A DNA stretch of 40,000 nucleotides from Kosakonia phage Kc263, in the sequence record MZ348422.1; one strand, 5' to 3'. The translations under genes and the position numbers were made by a program. Within the stretch, counting starts at the first letter, position 1. Each line of letters opens with the position of its first letter. The notes below the pieces were generated by a model. That model ran no database searches. It saw nothing but the letters and a program-made list of their open reading frames with translations, and was not told the origin of the DNA. Shown here in pieces: positions 8,859 through 16,448 of the stretch.

Positions 8859-9647
8859 TTAGAAGTCGATATCATCGAAATCATCGGCCGGAGCAGAGCG
8901 CTGTTGCTGACCACCGCCGTTGCCACCACCATTGTTACTACCGCCACCGCTATTATTGTTATTCCAATTGCCGCGATTACCGCCGCCATTGTTATTGTTG
9001 CCGCCGCCCCAGCTGTTACCGCCACCGTTCCCACGGTTGCCACCGCCGTTGTTCTCTTTCTTCTCACGTGGTTTGTACGCATCCCACTCAGCCTGATCCA
9101 GGAACTTACGAGAGAAGTCGATGAACGCTTTGGCGTAGACACGTGACATCAGACCACGGTCTTCGTACGGTTCGCCACCGTTGGATACCAGGATCGTGGA
9201 CTCGTACGGAGAAGTGAACGGGAACATCACTTTGTACGTTCCTTTACTGTAGCCCACTGCAATGCGGCCATCTGCGTCACGGATTACGGTGAACGTACCC
9301 AGAGTAGACGGATGATCGTTCAAGCGACCACCAGAACCGAAGGTGACTTTCTTCACGTGGTACTGTGCTTTGGTGAAGTTCGTATCACGGATCGCGTTTT
9401 CCATCAGTTCGAACAGGGCGTTACGGTCGAACACGGAAAGTTCCACTTCTTTGGACTTCGCGTTCTTGTCGTCCTGGCCGTAGTGACCGTCGTTTACTTT
9501 GAAGTAGATTGCGCCATTCAGACCGATATCCCAGAACCAGGTTGCCGGGTATTTAGCACCGTCTACCGGTTTGTCCGATTTCGGCATCGGGTAGCGGAAG
9601 TCGTTCAGGATGGTCTGCGGGCGACGCTGAAAGGTTTTCTGTTCCAT
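8859..9647 (-). CDS. Single-stranded DNA-binding-like protein
   Basis: 262 aa: globular N-domain, long Gly/Asn-rich linker (NNGGGNRGNGGGNSWGGGNNNN...), acidic/aromatic tip DDFDDIDF, which is the canonical SSB architecture. Confidence 0.72.
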   Translation of the reverse strand: MEQKTFQRRPQTILNDFRYPMPKSDKPVDGAKYPATWFWDIGLNGAIYFKVNDGHYGQDDKNAKSKEVELSVFDRNALFELMENAIRDTNFTKAQYHVKKVTFGSGGRLNDHPSTLGTFTVIRDADGRIAVGYSKGTYKVMFPFTSPYESTILVSNGGEPYEDRGLMSRVYAKAFIDFSRKFLDQAEWDAYKPREKKENNGGGNRGNGGGNSWGGGNNNNGGGNRGNWNNNNSGGGSNNGGGNGGGQQQRSAPADDFDDIDF

Positions 9648-9660
9648 TATAAATTCTCTC

Positions 9661-10455
9661 TTAAATCATTTTCAAAAGGATGTCTTTCTCTGGACTGTTG
9701 TTCAGAGAGCGAATTGAGCGAGCAACCTGACCAGGTGGGGAGGCAGTGCTCCACCGTGCTGCTTCAGCCAGTTGTTTAATTTCGTTCTTTACGGCAATTG
9801 AGTGAGCGTAGAAATTGGTGGAGTTATCTCCAAAAATCTGAATGGTCAACTTACTCAACGGAATATTGGTTAACTTATCTGAACCCGTTAGCTTAGTATA
9901 GAACAATGTGTAATTCTTTATTGTTCCGGTGTGGGACTCCAGCAGGTTAAGACGGGAGTATGATTCACTGGTGACTAAATCCACCGCGTGGTGTGTGATA
10001 ATCAATGCCTGCCCTGCAAAAGGAGGAATGGTTGAATCGACCTTAATGATGCCTTTGTCAAACTCAACCAACAGTTTATCCAGCACGTTCTTTTCTAACG
10101 TGTGAATCGCTTTCTGTTTTTCCGTTCCTTCTCTTTCCACATTCTTAAGCTTAGCCAAAGGAAACAACCTGGGGAGCCCTCTATACGAAGGGTAATAGAG
10201 TTTTAACTCCAGGTCGGTCTTTAGTTTCATCGAGACAATGAACTCAGCAAGCCCAACAATATCCTCTTTACATGCCTGAAATAACTCATTGACCGTGGGA
10301 GTGTATTGATCGTAAGCTTGCCGTGCATTGCGCACAATGGTTCGTAAGTTTATTAATAAGGAATGGTATCGCTTCATGTCTGTGCCGGGCAACACCTCAA
10401 ACGCCAATGCTGTCCCGACACTAATGGGTACCGTTCCTTTGGTTCTTTCATTCAT
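9661..10455 (-). CDS. Conserved hypothetical protein, about 264 aa
   Basis: Start reassigned to MNERTKGTVPISVG; the track N-extension overlaps the upstream gene. Slightly overlaps the metallophosphoesterase 3' end (translational coupling). Confidence 0.65.
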   Translation of the reverse strand: MNERTKGTVPISVGTALAFEVLPGTDMKRYHSLLINLRTIVRNARQAYDQYTPTVNELFQACKEDIVGLAEFIVSMKLKTDLELKLYYPSYRGLPRLFPLAKLKNVEREGTEKQKAIHTLEKNVLDKLLVEFDKGIIKVDSTIPPFAGQALIITHHAVDLVTSESYSRLNLLESHTGTIKNYTLFYTKLTGSDKLTNIPLSKLTIQIFGDNSTNFYAHSIAVKNEIKQLAEAARWSTASPPGQVARSIRSLNNSPEKDILLKMI

Positions 10456-11590
10456 GACCCATAGCCTCAGAAAGAATCTCATCCAACAACGCACGATCAA
10501 TATCGTCGTTTTGTTGCAGAGTCGACTCCATAAAGTTGAACAAACTATCCTTGAGATTGGTACGGGTCAAGGCCACACCTTTATACATCTCCGGCGTGTA
10601 CAGGGTGTCATCAATCTCAATGTTGTCTTCTTTGGCGTTATCTAAATCGAAGAAATAGTTCGGGAACTGTTCCTTGTATTCATTAATTAACGAATCGGTG
10701 ACTGAACTTAACCCACCCACCAAACGAATGTGTGTATTCTTCGGCGGATTCTTTTTAAGGTAGTTGTTCAGTTCAGTTCGGACCTGCTTGCTGTCCATTT
10801 CTCTATTGATAAGAATTTTGTCATAAATCAGCGCATTCTTATTTTCCCAAAACTCGGCTTTAAACTCATCCTTGTTAAACCAGAAGCGATACGCTCCTTT
10901 CGGGTGCATCTCGCCAAACGCGGTTCGGTCAAAAGACCCACCACAGATAATTTTATCTTTGTTTGAAGGCTTGTGAATATGTCCACTGAAAATGGCGTGC
11001 TTGGCTAACGCATTCCATTTCACGGAATCATACAAACTGCCTTTCTTGTTTGCAATCGGAGGAAGCTGGTAATCAAATCCCCCGTGCAAGAAAATGAAAT
11101 CCACCTGGGTTAGATTCCATTCAGCCAGCAACTTTAACGCTTGATCATAAATGATTTCAGTCGACGTATGACCAAAGTTGTCAGGCACATACATGACATG
11201 AATGTCAAGATCAGGAATGTGTTCGATGCTGAGGGTATTGATGTACTTGATATACTGAGACTCTTTCGGTTTCAATATGTCAAACATCTCAGGCTGTCCC
11301 CAGTCATGGGAAGACGTCCCTTCCAGAACACGAACATGCACTTTTTTATCATGACAGATTTGCAGATGCTTTTTAATCCACCGTTGACAGATTAAAATGT
11401 TCGGATCATTGGCCTGTGCTAAGTCATGAAAGAAATCCCCACCGTAGACACTGAAGTCAATCTCGTCAAGATTGTTTTCCTTATAATAGAAGGTATCCAT
11501 ATTCCCCAGGATATGACGAGTCGGTGTATGTGGGTGCAGTGTGTGATGGTCGGTTGAAAATAAAGCATTAAACAATTTATCGGTTTTCAT
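10448..11590 (-). CDS. SbcD/Mre11-like calcineurin-superfamily metallophosphoesterase (nuclease subunit candidate)
   Basis: FSTDHHTLHPHTP, GGDFFHD, GTSSHDW, LHGGFD and SGHIHKP match MPE motifs I-V. AGAGGA upstream of MKTDKLF. Confidence 0.75.
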   Translation of the reverse strand: MKTDKLFNALFSTDHHTLHPHTPTRHILGNMDTFYYKENNLDEIDFSVYGGDFFHDLAQANDPNILICQRWIKKHLQICHDKKVHVRVLEGTSSHDWGQPEMFDILKPKESQYIKYINTLSIEHIPDLDIHVMYVPDNFGHTSTEIIYDQALKLLAEWNLTQVDFIFLHGGFDYQLPPIANKKGSLYDSVKWNALAKHAIFSGHIHKPSNKDKIICGGSFDRTAFGEMHPKGAYRFWFNKDEFKAEFWENKNALIYDKILINREMDSKQVRTELNNYLKKNPPKNTHIRLVGGLSSVTDSLINEYKEQFPNYFFDLDNAKEDNIEIDDTLYTPEMYKGVALTRTNLKDSLFNFMESTLQQNDDIDRALLDEILSEAMGHE

Positions 11591-11616
11591 TCTGTTCCTC
11601 TGCACCCACCGTTTCG

Positions 11617-12405
11617 TTATTCGCTAAACGGATCGAATTTCTCTTCTTGTGCGGGTTGTGAATTATTGGTTTCTACTTTATTCACAGTGCCGTTAAATTC
11701 AAATTGATTGTCCGTGATCTCATTGATCAAAGCAATCTCCTCTTTGGTGATCAGCTCGTTGCGCGCATTCTTATACAGAATAGCTTCAACTTGTTTAAGC
11801 AGATCTCCGTCCGGTTGAATCGGCTGACCTTTATACGTATAGGTATCACGAATATAGATCACCTGCTTCACAACCGTTGGATCGATACCTTTGGAGAGAT
11901 AGTACTCGTAAGGAACCAATGCGGTCAGGGTATCGTAATCCGGGTTCTGTTGAGCAACCCCGCTCAGAATACTTGACAGAGAAGTCATGATCTGATCCAC
12001 TTCATCCTTATTAGGGATGTTTGCCGCATGTGACGCCGTGCGGGTGTACTGATCAAAGATGGCCTGCTGATTCGCGTTCAGGTCCATGTCGATGAACTTA
12101 CGGATCAACACCACCGGCTGCTGATCGTCGTTCAGAATGATCACGCCTTTGGTGTAGCCATCAGTCAGTTTGTTCCACGCTTCCTGGTTAAAGTAGTTAC
12201 GCCCACTGACATTGCCAATGGCAAACTGTACCAACCAGTGTTCCACGAAATACTGTTCATCCATCAGAACGTATTCAATAAACTCGCCGTCCTGGGTTTG
12301 GATCACCGTTTTACCGTTGATCTCTACACTTCTGATACTCCCCAGCAGATCAACCAGCTTGCTGTGTTTGGAAACATCAATACCTTCAAATACATTAGCG
12401 GACAT
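11617..12405 (-). CDS. Hypothetical protein, 262 aa, acidic C-terminal tail
   Basis: ORF with AAGGAAGG Shine-Dalgarno; C-terminus QPAQEEKFDPFSE. Confidence 0.6.
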   Translation of the reverse strand: MSANVFEGIDVSKHSKLVDLLGSIRSVEINGKTVIQTQDGEFIEYVLMDEQYFVEHWLVQFAIGNVSGRNYFNQEAWNKLTDGYTKGVIILNDDQQPVVLIRKFIDMDLNANQQAIFDQYTRTASHAANIPNKDEVDQIMTSLSSILSGVAQQNPDYDTLTALVPYEYYLSKGIDPTVVKQVIYIRDTYTYKGQPIQPDGDLLKQVEAILYKNARNELITKEEIALINEITDNQFEFNGTVNKVETNNSQPAQEEKFDPFSE

Positions 12406-12814
12406 TGTTTAGCGCCCTTCCTTCATCAACTAACTTGTATGTTTCGCCGTTGATCAATACCGACTTAGCCAGATCGTAAGTCTTCCCATCTTGGGCAACG
12501 ACACCTGAAAGCCGAAGAGTGAACATTTTATCGCCCTCTTTTTCCCGGCTCGATTTTGCTTCAACAGAAGCACTATCAAAAATTTGCAATAAATACTCGG
12601 TCAGGTTTTTCTTTATGTCTTCCAGGAACCGTTCTTCGCTTCCTTTGTCATCCTGATGTTTCGCCATCACATATTGATAGCTGTGAATATTTCGCAGTAC
12701 GATACATTGATCAATTCGGTTGGCGAACCAATACGCCATCGCTCGATCAATCTTAACAGACGGTTCGGTAATAAACCCTACTGTGTCCATTGTTGCAACA
12801 ACACCTTTTGCCAT
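12395..12814 (-). CDS. Hypothetical protein, about 139 aa
   Basis: ORF, start reassigned to MAKGVVATMD (TTGGAG upstream). Confidence 0.6.
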   Translation of the reverse strand: MAKGVVATMDTVGFITEPSVKIDRAMAYWFANRIDQCIVLRNIHSYQYVMAKHQDDKGSEERFLEDIKKNLTEYLLQIFDSASVEAKSSREKEGDKMFTLRLSGVVAQDGKTYDLAKSVLINGETYKLVDEGRALNNVR

Positions 12815-12871
12815 CTTAGTATTCTCCAATAGAGACAATCAAAAGATAAAAAAAAAATAAAGATAAGTGAA

Positions 12872-12898
12872 CAGGATCTCCCGTAATGGGAGATCCTG
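12872..12898 (-). terminator. Rho-independent terminator
   Basis: CAGGATCTCCC-GTAAT-GGGAGATCCTG (11 bp), followed on the minus strand by TTCACTTATCTTTATTTTTTTTTT. Confidence 0.85.
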
Positions 12899-12908
12899 CA
12901 CATGGTTG

Positions 12909-13064
12909 TTATCTGTTGCGCGTTGCCATTTGACGGTTTGCATTGCGGTAACGGATGATCTGGTCTCTGATGCCATAATAAAACGCACCACCAAATACCA
13001 GGGCACCAACACCCGTAAGAAATGCAGAAACAATAGCTACGCCAGTTGAATCGAATAAGTGCAT
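12909..13064 (-). CDS. Putative single-TM microprotein, 51 aa (not in ORF track)
   Basis: Manual translation: MHLFDSTGVAIVSAFLTGVGALVFGGAFYYGIRDQIIRYRNANRQMATRNR*. Hydrophobic segment then basic tail; directly followed by a terminator. The Shine-Dalgarno is weak. Confidence 0.55.
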   Translation of the reverse strand: MHLFDSTGVAIVSAFLTGVGALVFGGAFYYGIRDQIIRYRNANRQMATRNR

Positions 13065-13153
13065 AAGAACCCCACTATATAAATTAAGTTTTAAACTGTT
13101 TAGGTTTACTACTTAAATGATATAGGCCTGAAAGAGTATGTAACTAAATGGGA

Positions 13154-13891
13154 TTAGTCTTTACACTCGTCCCACGTTTCTTTGCACAGTACCACTGATT
13201 CGGGAAGTTTACCGTCATCAAACAGTTCTTTAATGACAGGGTAAATCACAGCTGCCTGTTCCCCGTAACACAGTGAGACGTGCAGTAACAGACCATCAAA
13301 AGAATGCTGGAAACCACCTTCCTTCAGTTCTTTATGACGAGCCTGGACAGCAGGGGAATCCAGTTCTAACGCACACGCACGCCAGCGGGAACCGGGATCG
13401 CCCAACATTTTTACTCCTACAACTTTGGCAGTATATACCTTATCGTTTTTGGTAGGGTAGACGTCTGGGTTACGCTTATCGTACATAATCGTGGAATGCA
13501 ACCGATTAATGGGGATAAGATCAGCTCCTTCTGGTAATGCGGGGACAATCGCCCCATACAGCTTAGACCCACTACCCAGGTCTACTTGCAATTCAGCGTA
13601 TCCGTGACCACTCATTAATTTCTTCACCTTTATGACTGTTTCGTTGGTCAGCCCAGCCTGGGCACTTTCAAGACAATCGGCAATATGCTTGGTCAGGGCG
13701 GTTTCGCTACCCTTGTGCTTTTCTTTAAAACGATCAAGCAAAATTGCCAGAAGTATTTCTTCTGTCACACCATTGGTAGTGAATTCAATTTTTGCCTGAC
13801 GAACATTATCGTTGTCATATACTTTATACTGATCCACATCGTCAGTCTTTCGTCTGACCTTTACGAGCTCAGTTTGATGGACAATTGGCAT
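13154..13891 (-). CDS. 2H phosphoesterase candidate, Acb1-like (anti-CBASS), with about 100-aa N-terminal extension
   Basis: Paired motifs LHSTIMYDKR (H132/T134) and LLLHVSLCYG (H204/S206), separated by ALELDSPAVQARHKELKEGGFQHSFDG, which resembles the Acb1 segment L..DSP.L..RH..L...G....F..Y.PHVTLSY. Confidence 0.72.
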   Translation of the reverse strand: MPIVHQTELVKVRRKTDDVDQYKVYDNDNVRQAKIEFTTNGVTEEILLAILLDRFKEKHKGSETALTKHIADCLESAQAGLTNETVIKVKKLMSGHGYAELQVDLGSGSKLYGAIVPALPEGADLIPINRLHSTIMYDKRNPDVYPTKNDKVYTAKVVGVKMLGDPGSRWRACALELDSPAVQARHKELKEGGFQHSFDGLLLHVSLCYGEQAAVIYPVIKELFDDGKLPESVVLCKETWDECKD

Positions 13892-14033
13892 CTGGTGTTT
13901 CCTTGCCCATGTCGATGATGAACTGACGAGTTTGTTCGCGAGTCATCCCTTGGGGTGGGTAAATGGTTTCGGAATTGAGGGCTTTATCCATTCGTTCAAT
14001 ATCAATAATCACGGTAGGTTCTGGATTAGTCAT
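13869..14033 (-). CDS. Small hypothetical protein, 54 aa
   Basis: MTNPEPTVIIDIERMDKALNSETIYPPQGMTREQTRQFIIDMGKETPDANCPSN; its 3' end overlaps the start of the 2H gene. Confidence 0.5.
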   Translation of the reverse strand: MTNPEPTVIIDIERMDKALNSETIYPPQGMTREQTRQFIIDMGKETPDANCPSN

Positions 14034-14064
14034 TTGTTTTATCCAAAAAAAAAACAAAGGTAAG

Positions 14065-14090
14065 GTAACGGGACATTACTGCCCCGTTAC
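14065..14090 (-). terminator. Terminator-like hairpin after the 221-aa gene
   Basis: GTAACGGG-acattactgc-CCCGTTAC, 8-bp stem; T-rich (TTTGTTTTTTTTTT) downstream on the minus strand. Confidence 0.65.
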
Positions 14091-14097
14091 ACTTTAA

Positions 14098-14763
14098 TTA
14101 CTGATCACTTTCTTCCTGGGCTTTCTTACGCAGTTCTTCCACCTCTTCCACGCTCAGAATGTTCCCATTGATGGTGCTCGTTGGGTCAAACAGGTTCTTC
14201 GCAATGTGCAAGTTGGTTGCCTGCCAAGTACGGTGAATATCCACACGCTCGGAGAACGACAGATGCGACAAGGTATCACGAGAGGAGTTGAAGATAGTAC
14301 GGTTCAACGTATTTTCTTCTTGATCGTAAATCACCTTTCCGTCAATTGCCCGGTTATAGAAATAGTTCTCACGTTCGATACCCGAACAGAGTTCATTAAA
14401 GTCACCGTCATACCCAGAAACCCGATCTTGTTGATACAGGTCCATCAGTAATGGGTTGGCCATAATGTAATCTCGCATGAAACCAGTCGCCTGTTGCTGG
14501 TACTGGACTTCCGAGAGATAACCAATTTCAAACCGTCCAACGAACTGTCCGTCTTTACCATTGATACGGTTACTGAATTCCCACATACGGCTATTCATAA
14601 ACGTTTTGTGGGCTTCTTTCACCGACTCCAAGGTTTCCCCTAACCAGCCCGTCAGATTGTCGTACTTCTGATACAGGTTGGTCATGTAGTTATTCAAGGC
14701 ACTGGCGCTACTGTCCGTTAATGAGCCACTGGAGCCTCGAACAAAAGCACTTGTTACATTCAC
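14098..14763 (-). CDS. Conserved hypothetical protein, 221 aa, downstream of nvRNAP beta' N-part
   Basis: GTG start with GGAGG 7 nt upstream; immediately downstream of the beta' gene. Confidence 0.65.
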   Translation of the reverse strand: MNVTSAFVRGSSGSLTDSSASALNNYMTNLYQKYDNLTGWLGETLESVKEAHKTFMNSRMWEFSNRINGKDGQFVGRFEIGYLSEVQYQQQATGFMRDYIMANPLLMDLYQQDRVSGYDGDFNELCSGIERENYFYNRAIDGKVIYDQEENTLNRTIFNSSRDTLSHLSFSERVDIHRTWQATNLHIAKNLFDPTSTINGNILSVEEVEELRKKAQEESDQ

Positions 14764-14765
14764 TA

Positions 14766-16361
14766 TCAGTCCTCCGCGATAGGTTCGCTCAGCATTAACG
14801 AGTTGATGTTCAACAAGTTAGTTTTAGTGTGCGTCGCAAAGCGGCTGGTTTTAAACAGTCGATTTGGATCCAACATTTGATGGTGTCCCCAGCTACTATA
14901 TGCTTCAATCTTCGACATCATGTCGGGGATGAAGATAACGTACATTTGGTCGCCATCGAAGTCGGCCCCGTATTCCTTAACCGTGGTAATGGGAATACGA
15001 ATGGATTTGTCATCCAGGTCACGACTGAATTGAACAAAGAACGCACGGGCTGAGAGATATTGAATCGACGGGTTTCGCCCAGCTGTTACCATTGCATAGC
15101 GGTTGGTTTCAATCCAGGTATAGAACTCTTCGATTAACGGGTGACGAGTGTGCGCTGCGGTACGGATGATCTCCTTGATCTTTAACGGAGTATACCCTTT
15201 ACGGTATAGCCAGCTCGTCAGGTGTTTGTCCAGACAAGTTAACCCGTATAACCACGGCAACACAATAGTATCAGAACGACAGACGCCCGATTCACCGGTA
15301 ATGATAGAACGACCAGTAAACGGAAGTTTACCTGCACCGGCGTGATAACGAATCATCCCTTTCTTACCGAACAGGATGTTCTTCTGCACTTCCATCAACG
15401 CGTCAACCAAGGGTTTCATGTTTCGACCCATCAGTTCTTCGTTTTCTTCTTCAGCACGAACATCGTCACCCGGATAGGTATCAGCCAGGGTGAAGTAGAT
15501 CTTGTCAAGATCCGTTTGCTCTTTGTTAATGTAACGGTCACGTTGATCCGATTCCACCACGGTGGTGATTTTGTTCGGCAACGGAAGGTATTTAAAGACC
15601 GCTTTACTATTGAACTTATCCCAGAAGGCCGCAAAGTTTTCACGGTCTTTCTCTGACAGGTCAACCACTTTACTGACATCGTGTTCAATTGCACCACGGA
15701 TGATGTAATCGAGATTATCAATAAAACTGTTATACCCGAACGGGACATTCAATGCAGCCCGGAATGCTTCGATCTTAGCTGCGATCTTGAATGCGTTGTT
15801 ATTGGGATCCTTGAAGCGCTTCTCTGCTCGCACATCCGGGTTAATCCAGTACTCAACGAGATTAACTTTTGGGGATTTGGTATTGAGCTTGCTAAAGAAG
15901 ATCGCCCACATGGCTGGACTTATGAACCCTGAAACAAAAGCTGGGCGTTTTAACCACACTTTGGTTTCAATTTTGGTTGCCAGCGGTTTGACCACTTCCG
16001 ACCCACAGTTATCGCAAATAACATTCATGCCATCATAGATGTTACTGCGAAACTTTTTACATTGGCAAGACGCCACTGTATCGAAATTATTCCCTTCGTA
16101 CTCAGTACGCAGGAGATCAACAACAGCCTGACGATGTTCTTCGATATTGAAGTCAAAGTCATTGAGATAGATCGGTGTGGTCACCGACGTATCGTGCTTC
16201 AAATCAAAATCTTCAAAATCAGGATAAAGGGGTGTGTAAAACGTAGGATCATCTTTTCTTGGGGTAACACCCGAAGCTTCGATCATCTTATTAAAGAGTA
16301 ATCCGGGGACCATATTCTCATCCGCGTATTTACTCAGAATGTCTGCCATCGTACTTGACAT
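14766..16361 (-). CDS. Non-virion RNA polymerase beta'-like N-terminal catalytic part (phiKZ gp55-type)
   Basis: DFDGD catalytic motif in EYGADFDGDQMYV (14949-14963), Zn ribbon CQCKKFRSNIYDGMNVICDNCG. Start reassigned to MSSTMADILSK. Adjacent to the ChmA gene as in phiKZ gp54-gp55. Confidence 0.88.
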   Translation of the reverse strand: MSSTMADILSKYADENMVPGLLFNKMIEASGVTPRKDDPTFYTPLYPDFEDFDLKHDTSVTTPIYLNDFDFNIEEHRQAVVDLLRTEYEGNNFDTVASCQCKKFRSNIYDGMNVICDNCGSEVVKPLATKIETKVWLKRPAFVSGFISPAMWAIFFSKLNTKSPKVNLVEYWINPDVRAEKRFKDPNNNAFKIAAKIEAFRAALNVPFGYNSFIDNLDYIIRGAIEHDVSKVVDLSEKDRENFAAFWDKFNSKAVFKYLPLPNKITTVVESDQRDRYINKEQTDLDKIYFTLADTYPGDDVRAEEENEELMGRNMKPLVDALMEVQKNILFGKKGMIRYHAGAGKLPFTGRSIITGESGVCRSDTIVLPWLYGLTCLDKHLTSWLYRKGYTPLKIKEIIRTAAHTRHPLIEEFYTWIETNRYAMVTAGRNPSIQYLSARAFFVQFSRDLDDKSIRIPITTVKEYGADFDGDQMYVIFIPDMMSKIEAYSSWGHHQMLDPNRLFKTSRFATHTKTNLLNINSLMLSEPIAED

Positions 16362-16383
16362 AAAAAATAAACCCCTATAGTAA

Positions 16384-16419
16384 AACAGGGAGAGAGGGCT
16401 TTCACCCACCCTCCCTGTT
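16384..16419 (-). terminator. Imperfect terminator/attenuator hairpin between ChmA and RNAP beta'
   Basis: AACAGGGAGGG...CCCTCTCTCCCTGTT, a stem with small bulges in the ChmA to RNAP intergenic gap. Confidence 0.55.
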
Positions 16420-16448
16420 ATCACAGATTAATCACACTGTACTACTGA

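Noticed and set aside
8855-9142. 95-aa minus-strand Ala/Thr/Val-rich ORF over the SSB linker
   Set aside because: Alternate frame of the GGN-repeat linker; composition explained by the repeat.
11617-12405. QEEKFDPFSE tail considered as a second SSB-like acidic tip
   Set aside because: The tail is only loosely similar and there is no Gly/Asn-rich linker; insufficient to call an SSB.
12839-13033. 64-aa ORF called in the track
   Set aside because: Reads through a terminator hairpin and overlaps, in another frame, the more protein-like 51-aa TM ORF at 12909-13064.
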